Source of the DNA: Perkinsela sp. CCAP 1560/9
Lineage: Eukaryota > Protista > Euglenozoa: Kinetoplastea
Assembly (NCBI GenBank): GCA_965644495.1
Contig: CBFFSA010000001.1
Location: forward strand, 806,001-870,000
Direction: 5' to 3'
Length of the DNA stretch: 64,000 bases
Shown here: one piece after another, positions 41,882 through 53,221 of the stretch
Layout: every line of letters begins with the position of its first letter
Numbering within the stretch: the first letter of the stretch is position 1
The notes under the pieces: model-generated
What the model saw: only the letters and a program-made list of their open reading frames with translations
What the model was told of the DNA's origin: nothing
Database searches by the model: none
Program-made: the position numbers and the translations under genes

Positions 41882-42918
41882 ACTACAATAACAAAAAACC
41901 TGCAATACCCTTACACCCCCTGACTTACAATCATCAAGTGCATCCCCTCAGTTTTTGACGTTTTGCGTTTCTCAGTTTTTGACATTTTGCGAAGACGATA
42001 TGTCAGGGACGTTGAATTCCCCCCCTGATCCTTTAATACGGACAGAATCCAAAAATCGATCCCAATTAAAGAGGGGTCACAGTAAGTCGAGAAGTACTCC
42101 TCTAGCGAATTAAGCTTTCGCCTTAGAGCAGACCTCTTGAAAATGTTTGCAAAGAAAATTCTTTTCTGTCCTATAGGCCACGTACCCATAAACGTTTCAT
42201 CGAAGATGTTGCGAATGGACTATAGCATCATTATTGCCTGCGGCGTTTTTTCGAAGTCACAATTTTCCCAAAGACTCAAAGCCGAGATCGCATCGTTCGC
42301 ATATTTTTTCTTACATGTTTCTTAAAAAACATTAGTCTCTATTACCGTCGAAACCTTCCGCAAGATAGCAAATCCCCTCCATAGTTACCTTTTCTCGTCT
42401 TCTGGAGAGCATCCTCTTTAACTGAAGTGTGGGAGGTACTTATGGCTAATTCAGAACCGTGTAATAACGACACACGCTGACGTTTGGTTTGTTACGCATA
42501 ACCGACTAACGAACGTGTAATGTTAGACAAACGCGTAAACCTTCGTAGGTTTACATTACATAATACGGGTGTTGTCCATAAAAAAAAGCGTCGTAGCGTA
42601 GAAAATTGTTTCTTATAGGCACGATGCCTTACCTTCCCTAATTCTAATCCAGAAAAAATCTTTTCCTGCAGCTTCCCATTATACATGTACACGCGCGCAC
42701 ACCCGCGCTCTTGACGTTAGTACAGCGGATTCGGAGCTACTGGATCGGAAAACGGTGGTATTAAAAAAAAACAAAAAAACACACCACAAGACCTCTAGGG
42801 GGCACATATCGTTCCCCACTACTGTACTAAGGACTTTAACATTTACTTTAATACATTTCTGAAAATGTGTAGTCAAGAGTAAATCATTCGTTTAGTTTGC
42901 ATCATTCCGTTCTCTTGC

Positions 42919-43749
42919 ATGCTACTTACTGCAATTTTGCGTGACACATTGGAGCCCTCCACGAATCGTCACCAAATTAATCCTTCAACGAATTCTGCTT
43001 TACGTCAAGAAATACCAAAGTCAACACACGAAGTACGTGCAGGAAGAGTGAGCATGGCGAATTTCCCACCAGAATACGAACTCGCACAACTTGTGCGTAA
43101 TGTTGGAAACCTGCATTCCACGTGGAAAACATCAACCCCTGCTTGTAAATGGGACGGCGTGGACTGCAACGAAGCGGATGAGATTAAGTGTATAAATTGG
43201 TCCGGGATAAGTCAGTCCGACGAACAACTCACAGGTTCATTGAGTTTTGGTTATATCCCAAAGACGTTGCACACATTTAATGTTTTCGTTACCAATCTTT
43301 CTGGCGAAGTTCCGCTGAACATTTTGCCTTGCGAGTTAAGATGTTTAGTTCTTCGGAACAATGAGCTCAGTGGATCATTGGACTTGACATCACTCCCTCC
43401 GAATTTGCGCAATTTGGATCTCTCTGCTAACCGATTTACAGGTGAAGTTTGCTTAACTAAACTGCCGTTAGAGTTGAAATATCTCTGTCTCGACCGTAAT
43501 CAGTTATCAGGAAAACTCTATCTAAACAATCTCCCAAACCTATCCTATCTTCGACTGTACAAAAATAATTTTTCCGGAAACGTTGACATAGAAGTAAGAA
43601 GCATTCCAAGTACATTGAACCAGCTGGACTTGTCAAACAACGTAAATCTACATGGCGAGGTAGAAAAGCATCTACTTCCCATCAGAAAGAAAAAACAACC
43701 ACACTTTAATTTCAACATTAGAAATACCAACATTACACTTGTACCGTAA
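42919..43749 (+). CDS. Short LRR protein (same family)
   Basis: GRVSMANFPPEYELAQLV, PACKWDGVDC cap and about 6 LRRs. Confidence 0.9.
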   Translation: MLLTAILRDTLEPSTNRHQINPSTNSALRQEIPKSTHEVRAGRVSMANFPPEYELAQLVRNVGNLHSTWKTSTPACKWDGVDCNEADEIKCINWSGISQSDEQLTGSLSFGYIPKTLHTFNVFVTNLSGEVPLNILPCELRCLVLRNNELSGSLDLTSLPPNLRNLDLSANRFTGEVCLTKLPLELKYLCLDRNQLSGKLYLNNLPNLSYLRLYKNNFSGNVDIEVRSIPSTLNQLDLSNNVNLHGEVEKHLLPIRKKKQPHFNFNIRNTNITLVP

Positions 43750-43950
43750 TGTTGCGAGAATGTATGAAAGACCGTACTAACTAAGTGTGTTTCTTTGAAT
43801 CGTTTCTCATGGTTAGGATTTTTAAAAATTTGGATAGAAGATTTCATGGAAAAGGGCTAGTCAATTTTGTGAAAATTAGTAGAAATATTGTGAAAATTGA
43901 AATTTTATGCTACTCGTATGTAAATATTGCAACAAAACGAGATCAGCATA

Positions 43951-44910
43951 CGAGTGAGGGGCTGCTGGTGCGGCTTCAGCGCGGTTTCGCCCAGTTTCGC
44001 GCGGTTTCAGGGAGACTCGAAGGCCTTTTCTCGATAGAGGTGGGAAAAATGCTGAAACCCCCGTGAAAACTATACGTGAATACGCAAATACTACTATTAA
44101 ATAAAGATAATGAGGTCAAATATCCCTTTTTTCCCCCAAAATTTTAAAAGTTTTGAAGGGCACTCCAAATACTAAAATTTTTTACTTATATTTCATCAGC
44201 TCATCTTCTGAGGCTGAAATGAAGGCCATTCGTAATTTCAATTTCTCATTTCTCTCGTTCATGTGTTGTCCATACAGCATCGATACCCTACAGAACTCTA
44301 TTAGTGTATCACACCTTTTGTCAACCTGGTGTGCCACAATTTGAGCCGTAGAACTCTTATTTTCTATAAATGTCCCCGAATGGCTTGATTTAAATAAGTT
44401 AGTGTCTTCTCGGAGGAAAACAACCTAAATTGCGCAAAAAAAACATTTTTGAAAAAAAAATATTATGAATTTTACATTTTTCATTGATTTAGCTTATTTT
44501 CAATATCTTTTTAAGCTGAAATGGATTGTCTCGGATGTGAAAATGTCTCGGATGTGAAGACGGATGGGTGGCGTGGAAATTTGGAGTTGGGTTCACTTGT
44601 AAACCACAAGATAGTAAAGAAAAAGGTGTTATTTTTCGAAAAAAAAATATTTTTGAGCAATTTAGGTTGTTTTTGTCCGTCTTCTCTTTTGTCAATACGA
44701 ATCTAGAAGGATTGTAAAATCGCTCAACTCGAAAAAACTTCGAAGTATTTTTTTCTGAAAAAAATGGGGGAAAAAAGGGAGATTCCACCGATAATGATAA
44801 TCCCCAAGAAAGATTTTTTTTTGATATTATTAGAGGGTTGAAACGGTTTCGCGCGGGTTCGGCGTGGTTTCAGCGCTGTTTCGCGGGACACCACCCGCAA
44901 CCCCTCAAGT
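43951..44910. mobile_element. Degenerate mariner-like non-autonomous element
   Basis: The left end TACGAGTGAGGGGCTGCTGGTG is an imperfect IR of the right end (reverse complement TACTTGAGGGGTTGCGGGTGGTG). GGTTTCGCGC-type repeats lie near both ends. Confidence 0.4.
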
Positions 44911-44990
44911 ATATCAAACTATTTTTTCTTCGCCTATGCAGAGAGGAATAAATTGCAGAGTTTGTGCTGTGTTGGTGTCATTCACATGTA

Positions 44991-45311
44991 CCGTAGACCC
45001 CCCCCCCCAGTAATAGAGTCGATTTTGGGTCGAAATGGCCAAATCCTTGTTACTGGGGGGGTATGCTTTTTGGGTGAGAAAGTATATTTTTTGTTCATGG
45101 GTGCGTTGATTTTCAACCCACCCAACCCGGCAACCACGCCATTCGCTCCCTCACAACCGCCCTCACCCCGCCCAGCCACCCCCACCCGCCCTAACACCCC
45201 CTCCCCCCTCCAACGACCCTCCCGAGCCAAATCTTTGTTACTGGGGGTCAGCCGAAAAATGGTCAAATCCTTGTTACTGGGGGTGGGGTCTATTACTGGG
45301 GGGGTCTAGGG
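44991..45311. mobile_element. MITE with TA duplication, pogo/Tc-type ends
   Basis: TA|CCGTAGACCCCC...CAGTAATAGA ... TCTATTACTGGGGGGGTCTAGGG|TA, with internal repeats of CAAATC(C/T)TTGTTACTGGGGG. Confidence 0.8.
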
Positions 45312-45394
45312 TATAAGCTTTATTTGATTGTGTAAACCCCTTTTATAAGAACTAACTAAGATTTTTTAGCCTCAGCTGTCTTTTATTTCCACTC

Positions 45395-45862
45395 ATGTTA
45401 CGACTTCCCTATCTGTACGTTGCGCGCAGAATGCCGCGGGTGCTTTCGCCTGCTGTCATGGGCTGTTCTAAACCGACCTCACATTTATCCGAACCTGCTC
45501 CAACCTCTGCTCATTGTAGCGAATCTGTTTTCAGTCACTCAGCGCATTCATACTGCACTGCCTCAGAGACCGCACAGCCGACGGAGTCTGCGGCAACAGG
45601 CGCAACTCCAGGTGAGTGTCCTGCCCTGGAGGTTGCAATGGCAGTCAACCGACTGAAGCGATCTCACCAGGCCACAAACACGGGTCAGGAAAAGAAGCAA
45701 ATGGAGCTCCAGGCGTGGCAAATGCTAAACAGCCTCTCCGAGGACAGTATCATGAACGCCCAGGGGAAAGCGATCGCATTGTTATTGAATAGTTGGGCCT
45801 ATTTCTCCAAGCACTGGGAGAAGGGAAAAGATGGACCGACGGAGGTTGCAGAGTCACAATAG
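45395..45862 (+). CDS. Hypothetical mitochondrial protein
   Basis: MLRLPYLYVARRMPR presequence-like start and a structured-looking C-terminal helical domain. Confidence 0.65.
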   Translation: MLRLPYLYVARRMPRVLSPAVMGCSKPTSHLSEPAPTSAHCSESVFSHSAHSYCTASETAQPTESAATGATPGECPALEVAMAVNRLKRSHQATNTGQEKKQMELQAWQMLNSLSEDSIMNAQGKAIALLLNSWAYFSKHWEKGKDGPTEVAESQ

Positions 45863-46239
45863 GCGGAGACTTCTGTGGCGTCGGTTCTGTCATGAAATCA
45901 TAAATTTACTATTTCTAATAAAAAAAAGTTTAAAGAGGAAATACGATGTGGCCTTTGAGTAAACGTGATTCATGAAAAAAATTGTATACAACGGGCGTTC
46001 TAGTAATGTGCATACGAAATACTGTTCCGGATTAAGTACATATGAAAGCTCGCACTGGAAACTATCACTGGAACCTTACAACCGGGATGTTATTAGTAAC
46101 CGAAGCATAATTCATAACTCTCATTTTACCACCTTCCTCAAAGCAATAAACTTTTTTTCCACCACTGTACCTACACAAACGCAACCTTGCTTCAATTTTT
46201 TTATCTCTTTTTGCTCACCTCTCTCACTTTCCACATTAC

Positions 46240-48465
46240 ATGGGTGTTCCCGGGTATTTCAAATGGCTCGTCACGCATTGCCCCGCCATCCAAGTCCACA
46301 TACAGCAAGTTGACTGCCTCTATGTCGACATGAACGGAATCCTCCACCCTTGCTGCCACAGCGAGGCCGTCTCCGGGGTCGTGGACTCCGAAGAGGTCAT
46401 GATGAACAACTTTTGCAGCAAACTCGACGAGATCATCTCAGCCGCACAGCCCCGGAAACTGATCTACTTTGCGTTTGACGGCCCCGCGCCGAATGCTAAA
46501 ATGGCCCAGCAGCGCTCTCGACGGTTCTGTTCCCGACATAACATGCGGGTGCATTATAAAATGTATAACTTACTCGCAAAGGAGTGGAAGCAGTACGGCA
46601 TGAGTGTTCCCTCGATGCCCTCAATGTGGGATGCGAACCAAATCACCCCCGGGACGTTCTTTATGGTAAAAGTGCGCAAGACCGTCGAGCAGTACATCGC
46701 CCAGCGTATTGCCGACCCCGCCTGGGCAGCCTACCGCGATGTGGTGTGGCTGCTGTCGGATACCTCCGAGCCCGGGGAGGGTGAGCACAAGCTGATTCAG
46801 TTTATTAAGAAACAGCGTATGGCGCCGGGGTATGACCCCCGGTTGACGCACTGCCTTGTGGGGATGGATGCGGATTTAATCCAACTCGGGCTCTCGGTGC
46901 ATGACCCGAATATAATGATTTACCGGGATGACATTTTTGTGAGTATAAACATTGTCCGGGAGTACTTCCGGCAGTGTTTTTCCGGAATTTTGTTAAACCC
47001 CGAGGTGCCGTTGATGTTGAAGAATTTCGAGCGCTTGTTGGACGACTTACTCCTCTGCTTTTGCTTCGTCGGAAATGACTTTCTTCCCCCGTTGCCCCAG
47101 ATGAAGATTGCATCCAATGCTATTGGACGGTGCCTGGCGGTGTACATCTCCGTGCTACCTACCATTGGGGATTATCTCACCTATGCGGGAAATATTAACG
47201 TCGAGGGGCTGCAAGTGTTTGTTCGCGCGCTGAATCACGTCCTGGTCGCCGTCCAGGATCCCACACGGGATGTTGTGAGCTGGTACGATAAGATTGAGAA
47301 ACAGTACCAAAAAGATGTGGAGGAACACGAGGCATTTGGTGGATCCGCGGAGATTGTGTTCTGGAGCACACTACGACGACGAGCAGAGATGTATGCGTGG
47401 AAGAAGACCGCAAAACTGTTTACCAACGACCCCGTGTGCGTAAGTGTCCCGGGGTGGCAGGACCGGTATTACAAAGCGCACTGGCCACAAAGTCTACCGG
47501 AAGACAGTACGGACCCGGAAGGGGATATGAGCGCCGCGCGTGCGATGGTGAACAGGGAGTACCTCCATGGGTTGCAGTGGGTGCAGCACTACTACCACCG
47601 GGACTGCCCTGACTGGGACTGGTGCTACCCTTACCTGTACGGCCCCTCTCTGGAGGCCATCTATCCGGAGAAACTGACCCCGGAGGACCTGTCGTTTACC
47701 CGCCCGGGTACCCCATTACTTCCTCTGCAACAACTGCTGATTGTGATTCCGCGTGAGGGAGCGGAGAAGTTGCTACCTTCACGACTGGTCCGGTTGATGG
47801 ACACCTCACTGAAAAGCTATTTCCCTGAGAAGTTTCGATCGGATTGCTCGAATTGCCCCCCACGGTGGATGGAGCTTGCGATTCTTCCGAAAATCAACCT
47901 AGATGAGATACGGGAGGAGACAAAAGTTCACATTAGCCGACTCTCTCCTGCGGATCAACGACGTTGTGAGCGCTTGGGAATCCGCCTGTTCGTGCACAAC
48001 GACAATTTAATCGTAGAAGAGTGGGCAAGCAATGAAACCAACACAGATTCTTCGAAATTTTTCCTTCTATGTGGTCACCATGGTCTTTCTGGGAGCATTG
48101 CGGATCACAAGACTTCAAAAAAGACACGAAAACTGCCCAAAGGGGTGCATCGCTACCGCTTTGACTGGCCGGAGGAAGACATTCAGCCGAAATACCTGGA
48201 AGCTCCCCCGCCTATACCAAAGCAACAGAATTTGGTTCACCGCAAAAACTCCATCTCCCCGCTTACTACGGACCCCAGGCTGAATTGGTCAGGAATGTCC
48301 GGATTCCGTTTCCACACTTGGGGCGTGGAGATCGACACTAAAGGTCAACTCTCCGTACCTGAGGATGAGTCATCAAAGCATCAAGAATTTTCTGAGCAAA
48401 GCATGAAGAGTAGGCATCGCGACTATGCCCCAAGAAGTGACGACAAGCGAAGGCGGCGCCATTGA
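46240..48465 (+). CDS. 5'-3' exoribonuclease, XRN family
   Basis: MGVPGYFKWL, LYVDMNGILHPC, FDGPAPNAKMAQQRSRRF, DANQITPGT, PGEGEHK, GMDADLI, GNDFLP and WDWCYPY. Confidence 0.96.
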   Translation: MGVPGYFKWLVTHCPAIQVHIQQVDCLYVDMNGILHPCCHSEAVSGVVDSEEVMMNNFCSKLDEIISAAQPRKLIYFAFDGPAPNAKMAQQRSRRFCSRHNMRVHYKMYNLLAKEWKQYGMSVPSMPSMWDANQITPGTFFMVKVRKTVEQYIAQRIADPAWAAYRDVVWLLSDTSEPGEGEHKLIQFIKKQRMAPGYDPRLTHCLVGMDADLIQLGLSVHDPNIMIYRDDIFVSINIVREYFRQCFSGILLNPEVPLMLKNFERLLDDLLLCFCFVGNDFLPPLPQMKIASNAIGRCLAVYISVLPTIGDYLTYAGNINVEGLQVFVRALNHVLVAVQDPTRDVVSWYDKIEKQYQKDVEEHEAFGGSAEIVFWSTLRRRAEMYAWKKTAKLFTNDPVCVSVPGWQDRYYKAHWPQSLPEDSTDPEGDMSAARAMVNREYLHGLQWVQHYYHRDCPDWDWCYPYLYGPSLEAIYPEKLTPEDLSFTRPGTPLLPLQQLLIVIPREGAEKLLPSRLVRLMDTSLKSYFPEKFRSDCSNCPPRWMELAILPKINLDEIREETKVHISRLSPADQRRCERLGIRLFVHNDNLIVEEWASNETNTDSSKFFLLCGHHGLSGSIADHKTSKKTRKLPKGVHRYRFDWPEEDIQPKYLEAPPPIPKQQNLVHRKNSISPLTTDPRLNWSGMSGFRFHTWGVEIDTKGQLSVPEDESSKHQEFSEQSMKSRHRDYAPRSDDKRRRRH

Positions 48466-48924
48466 TATTGGTTTGTGTTATGTGTGTACAGAATAGAAAG
48501 GGCCATCGTTCTTCATATATCTGGCGGATTAACATACATGTATGGCGGTAAAAAGGAAGGTTTGGGCGTTTAAGATAATCCGATGTGCTTTTTTAGATTG
48601 TTAGTGCGCTACGCATTACACTACGCGCTTGCGATGACAGTGTCAGACGTATTGAGAAGTCAAGTTAGCATACCTGAGCACTCCGTCCAAAATTTTAGGA
48701 CCGAATTTAGGAAAGACGAAATTGTTGAAGTTGGACAACGAATAGCTTGCTCCTACGTACATGCATGCAACGTGTATATTTTCATGAGGACCTCTGCAAA
48801 AAAAGGCCGAAAACACAAATTTAGATGTATTTCGCATGTTTCGTTTTGAGGCTATCGACTCGTCGTAGAATTCAAAAGTTATTTAGAAAATATTATTTCA
48901 AGAGCATCTCTTTTTATCAAACAC

Positions 48925-50820
48925 ATGGACGCATCACTTCCCCAGTGGTACAAGTCAGACTCCGAAGGCGAGGAGGAACCTGAAAAAACATCCTTTCGCC
49001 CCAAACACACTTCAAAACCAAAACTGGAACCCCACACAGCCCCCTCCCGCACCAAATACCTCCGCGGTACCGAAAACGAAACCACCCACCTCGACCCCTC
49101 CTCTAAACGTCTCAAAGCCACCCTTCGCAAAAGCGAACACAAAATCCGCACCGCCGTCCGTCGTCTTGCCCGTGCCGAACTCCTCGACGAGCAACCCGAG
49201 GGCTACCTCCTCCCCGAAACCCCCGACGAAAAAACCTACACCCTCACCCAAGCCACCCTCCTGGCCTCCACCCCCACCCCCACCGCCCGCAAGCACTTCC
49301 ACCTCACCCTCCCCACCCTCGGCCCCTACACCTTCGCCTACCCCCCCAACGGCTCCACCCTCGCTCTCCTCGGCTCCCGTGGCCATCTCGCCACCCTCCA
49401 CTGGAAACACTTTACCCTCCAAGCCGAGACCCAACTTAAAGAAAGAGCCCACGACCTGCACTATCTCCACGACGCCCAACTGTTCGCGGTGGCCCAAAAA
49501 ACCTACACCTACATCTACAACCACGAGGCCACAGAGATCCACCAACTCCGTGAGTTCGCGAACACCACCCATCTAGCCTTTCTTCCCCAACACTTCTTAC
49601 TGTGTGGGGGGAGTAAGACCGGACTCCTCACATGGCTCGATGTGAGTACCGGGAAGCTCGTGGGGGTGCACCGCGCGCGGCTGGGGCCGACCCAGGCGCT
49701 GTGTCGGAACCCGCGGACCAACGTGCTTACGGTGGGCCACAGTAATGGGGTGGTCTCGCTGTGGAGCCCCCTGGGGAAGGAGGCGCTGGGGAAGATCGCG
49801 GTGTCCCGCGGGGCGGTGACCGGGGTGGGGGTGGATGGGACCGGGTGGTACCTGTGTACCCAGGGGGGGGATAGCGTGACCCGGGTGTGGGATCTGCGCA
49901 CCATGCGGGGGGTGGCGCAGGTGTACACGCCGCAGGGTTCGGCGTTGGGGGTGGGGGATCAGGATATGCTCGCGGTGGGGATGGGGCCGAGGGTGGAGGT
50001 GTGGAGGGGGTTGTTTACGCAAGGGGGGAGTGGGGTAAAGAAGCCGTATATGGCGTATAATTTTGAAAAGAGGATGACGCAGGTGAGGAAGGTGCAGTTT
50101 TGTCCGTATGAGGATGTGTTGGGGATAGGTCACAGTGAGGGGTTTTCGAGTATTCTGATCCCGGGCGCGGGATGTGCGGTGCCGGATTTCTACCACGCGG
50201 ATGTTTTCGAAAGTGGGAAGCAAATGCGGGAGCGGCCGGTTCACATGCTTCTGGATAAGCTCCCCGCGGATAGCATTTCGCTTGGAGGTGTCGTGGCCAG
50301 CGCGCATGTCGAGACAGGACGAAAGAAGCTGCTGGAACGCCAGAGGGTCCACGCAGAGCGTAAAGCTGAAGAGAATGGAATTCCGGATGACAAGTCAGGC
50401 ACCGAGGATTCGGAGGAAGAGATCAACGTAATCGAGAAATTCAAAAATCAGAAGCACAAGGAGATTGCCGAGGCCAATCGTCACCGACTTGAAAGGAAGC
50501 ACAAGAGAGAAAAACGGTTGAACAAGATGGAGGGCGTTGAGCGATACAAACTCCGACAAAGAACACATGGACGCAAGGAGGTTCGCACAGCACGACGGCG
50601 ACTCAAGCACGCAGAACAGAATATTACGTTGGGCGAAGATGAAACCGAGGAGCAGAAAAGAAATTCCGACGACGAACCCATTGGCCTATCCGAGGAGAGT
50701 CCACAGGCACGCAAAGTTATGTCGAAGAAAGGCAGAACCATAGATGACAACCAAAATTTGGCTCTCGAACGATTCTCAGAGAGAGGCTTTTTATCTCAGC
50801 AAAAAGAGCGGAGGAAATAG
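48925..50820 (+). CDS. UTP7: U3 snoRNP/SSU processome WD40 protein UTP7/WDR46
   Basis: LGPY, AVAQK..TYIY, FLPQHFLL, GHSNGVVSLWSP, FCPYEDVLGIGH, SILIPGAG and LLDKLPADSI (BING4CT). Confidence 0.93.
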   Translation: MDASLPQWYKSDSEGEEEPEKTSFRPKHTSKPKLEPHTAPSRTKYLRGTENETTHLDPSSKRLKATLRKSEHKIRTAVRRLARAELLDEQPEGYLLPETPDEKTYTLTQATLLASTPTPTARKHFHLTLPTLGPYTFAYPPNGSTLALLGSRGHLATLHWKHFTLQAETQLKERAHDLHYLHDAQLFAVAQKTYTYIYNHEATEIHQLREFANTTHLAFLPQHFLLCGGSKTGLLTWLDVSTGKLVGVHRARLGPTQALCRNPRTNVLTVGHSNGVVSLWSPLGKEALGKIAVSRGAVTGVGVDGTGWYLCTQGGDSVTRVWDLRTMRGVAQVYTPQGSALGVGDQDMLAVGMGPRVEVWRGLFTQGGSGVKKPYMAYNFEKRMTQVRKVQFCPYEDVLGIGHSEGFSSILIPGAGCAVPDFYHADVFESGKQMRERPVHMLLDKLPADSISLGGVVASAHVETGRKKLLERQRVHAERKAEENGIPDDKSGTEDSEEEINVIEKFKNQKHKEIAEANRHRLERKHKREKRLNKMEGVERYKLRQRTHGRKEVRTARRRLKHAEQNITLGEDETEEQKRNSDDEPIGLSEESPQARKVMSKKGRTIDDNQNLALERFSERGFLSQQKERRK

Positions 50821-50984
50821 TTGATACGAAGGATGCGTATTCGTAAACCTATGTGGATCTCTCATTCTAAATTTATCACTATGCAATATCAAGACATACC
50901 TTTGAGAGAGAAATATTTATACCCGTTTCACCACTACGTTATTTAGCAAGTGTTAATGCCCTTTCATTAGTATGAAATATTTTC

Positions 50985-52202
50985 ATGACTTACGGTCCGT
51001 ACAATGAAGAGGAGATCCGGTGGCACATACAAAGAGCTGCCATGGATCTTGTGGAGCCACTGATCAATAATTGGTCTGACAGGTCACAAAAGAACGACGC
51101 AGAAATGACCGGTTCTGCGGGTATGATTGCGAATGTGGTTTGCAACCACGTACTCCTCATGCAACGCGCAGGAAGTGATCCACAGGCCACTCTGCGGGAG
51201 GCTTTACTCCCGCTCATAGACGATCCAGAAATATTGAATCTCGTGACAAAATTGTTGAAAAAAAATTGGTTTGTAATAGTTGATGCCTCTGAAAAGCACA
51301 CCCTACAATATTTTCCTCAAATTCCGGCTTCGGAAGCTGCTCGGACGAGCAGCGTTGCGATTTCTTCTCCTGCGAGAAATGAAGGAAGGGAAACCATAGT
51401 GGCCGGTGAAAAGAAGAGTGTGTTAGGCGGTAGGAATCTGGAGGAAGCCGCAATCCTTCCCTCTACAACAGCACCGATAGCAATCTCTGCTTCTCGCCAT
51501 GCTAAAAGGTCTTTGCGACCTCATGCCATTGAGAAGTACCGTGAAAGAGAGCACTCTTCACCCGCTCTTTTTCCTTACACAGTTCTAAAGTCCAACTGGG
51601 AAATGCTACCGAAGGAGTACGCAGCCTCCTGTACTTGCACAGTCTCTGTTTCGCACCAATGGATGGTACCGAGAACGTGTGTCACGGTGGAGCACATTCC
51701 CTGCGACGTAACGGATATAAATGAATTGATCCCTTTCTTTATGGACTACGCAACCGTATGTGCCATACAATGCGACGAGATGCGTATGTGTGCCATGGTT
51801 CGATTCCTCAACTTTCCAGCAGTAGAAGCCCTCCTGGATACACCATATTTTCTTTTCGGAAAGCCTCAAGTAACAATTTCACCTTGCACCCCATTGGAAG
51901 TGTGTTCTTTGTACAATCCCTCTGAATCAACATTTACAGAGCATGGCGTTTCGCAACTCAAAGGAATCCATGCTGAGTTCAATTCGAAAAAAACTCGGTT
52001 GGAGAAGACGCTTACGGATAGTGAACAGCTCGTAAAAATAATTCAAGCATCTACTGATTTGGAGGAATCCTCACTTCCAAAACTAGAAAAAGCGAAAGAG
52101 TTGTTTCTGGAAGCAAAGAAGAATTTTTGCGAAATACTGCAGAGTTTATGCGAAGTTCGGCGACGTCTTAGTGCGGTAAAATCAGTTTCCTCGAATAGGT
52201 AA
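50985..52202 (+). CDS. Hypothetical protein with a degenerate RRM and C-terminal coiled coil
   Basis: VTVEHIP...ELIPFF...CAMVRF is RRM-like. 405-aa ORF. Confidence 0.6.
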   Translation: MTYGPYNEEEIRWHIQRAAMDLVEPLINNWSDRSQKNDAEMTGSAGMIANVVCNHVLLMQRAGSDPQATLREALLPLIDDPEILNLVTKLLKKNWFVIVDASEKHTLQYFPQIPASEAARTSSVAISSPARNEGRETIVAGEKKSVLGGRNLEEAAILPSTTAPIAISASRHAKRSLRPHAIEKYREREHSSPALFPYTVLKSNWEMLPKEYAASCTCTVSVSHQWMVPRTCVTVEHIPCDVTDINELIPFFMDYATVCAIQCDEMRMCAMVRFLNFPAVEALLDTPYFLFGKPQVTISPCTPLEVCSLYNPSESTFTEHGVSQLKGIHAEFNSKKTRLEKTLTDSEQLVKIIQASTDLEESSLPKLEKAKELFLEAKKNFCEILQSLCEVRRRLSAVKSVSSNR

Positions 52203-52423
52203 ATTGCCTAGAAGGATAGGATACTCGAATAGGTAAATTGCCTATTGGAACTACTACTGTAATACTTCCGGTATTTGCAACCGATTTTTGTTTACTTGAT
52301 TTCGAGTTGGGTCATGTACATGTGTATATGGGCTAATACTATTAAGTTTTCAGCTTATTCTATTCATCCAATTAGTAACGTAATATATTGAACTGAAAAT
52401 ATAAGCACATTTATAATTTCTCA

Positions 52424-52987
52424 ATGAGCTCCATTGCCGAAGACAAAGTTCGACAAATATTGCAGTCGAAAGGCACCTTTCTATCACATTTACGTCGCGA
52501 TGAAGCCCAAAAAACTTTAGACACTGCGCGTGAAAAAATTCGAAATAAACGGCAGAGGAAAAGAATTGAGGTAGCGAAAAAAGACGCTTCCGAGTTACAA
52601 ATCGTTTCTGAAGGTTCGGAAAGCGAAGCAGATGTCTTCATTGACCTTCCTGAATTAAAACAGCAGGAAAATAAGGCATCAGAGCTTCTTCGAAAGGAGG
52701 TGCGTAGGCAATCATATTTACGAGTATTGCCACACCACAGCAGGATCCCTGACTTGGAAACCCGACTTCGCCGTGTAGCAACTTTGGGTATTGTTCAACT
52801 ATTTAATACAATATGCCAAGGCGTGAGATCTCAGGAAGCAACAAATGAAAGGGATAGCAGCGGTACGAAGGACATGTGGTCATCCGACGACGATGATAAT
52901 TCGCTTAAAAAAGGGGCGAGTAGTATGAAAGGCCAAAACAATCGTAAATTTTTAGACCTCATGGTTCAGGGAGTGAAAAAAAATTGA
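52424..52987 (+). CDS. RRP15: Ribosomal RNA-processing protein Rrp15-like
   Basis: LETRLRRVATLGIVQLFNTI matches the Rrp15 core. C-terminal KFLDL. Confidence 0.8.
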   Translation: MSSIAEDKVRQILQSKGTFLSHLRRDEAQKTLDTAREKIRNKRQRKRIEVAKKDASELQIVSEGSESEADVFIDLPELKQQENKASELLRKEVRRQSYLRVLPHHSRIPDLETRLRRVATLGIVQLFNTICQGVRSQEATNERDSSGTKDMWSSDDDDNSLKKGASSMKGQNNRKFLDLMVQGVKKN

Positions 52988-53221
52988 CTAACGCTGCTTT
53001 TTTTGTAGCAATTATTTATGCTGGTAGCACATTTCGGGCGGAATCTACAGAATAAAACCTGTTTAAAATTTAAAAATCTTATGGCGGGCACCCGAAAATA
53101 ATCGTCTGTCGGGAATACAAATTTTTAAACCCTGTCCAGGTTTTTAAGTGTGCAATTGGGATAGAATAATTTTTTACGTAACCTTTGATTGAAGTTGTGC
53201 TTACATTTTCTGAACGAGTTC

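Noticed and set aside
41911-42876. Short - strand ORFs between SBP2 and the LRR gene
   Set aside because: No transposase or other motif recognised, and no paired ends found.
52986-53000. ACTAACGCT resembling the start of the spliced leader
   Set aside because: The match is only about 9 nt, and the rest of the SL exon (CAGTTTCTGTACT) is absent.
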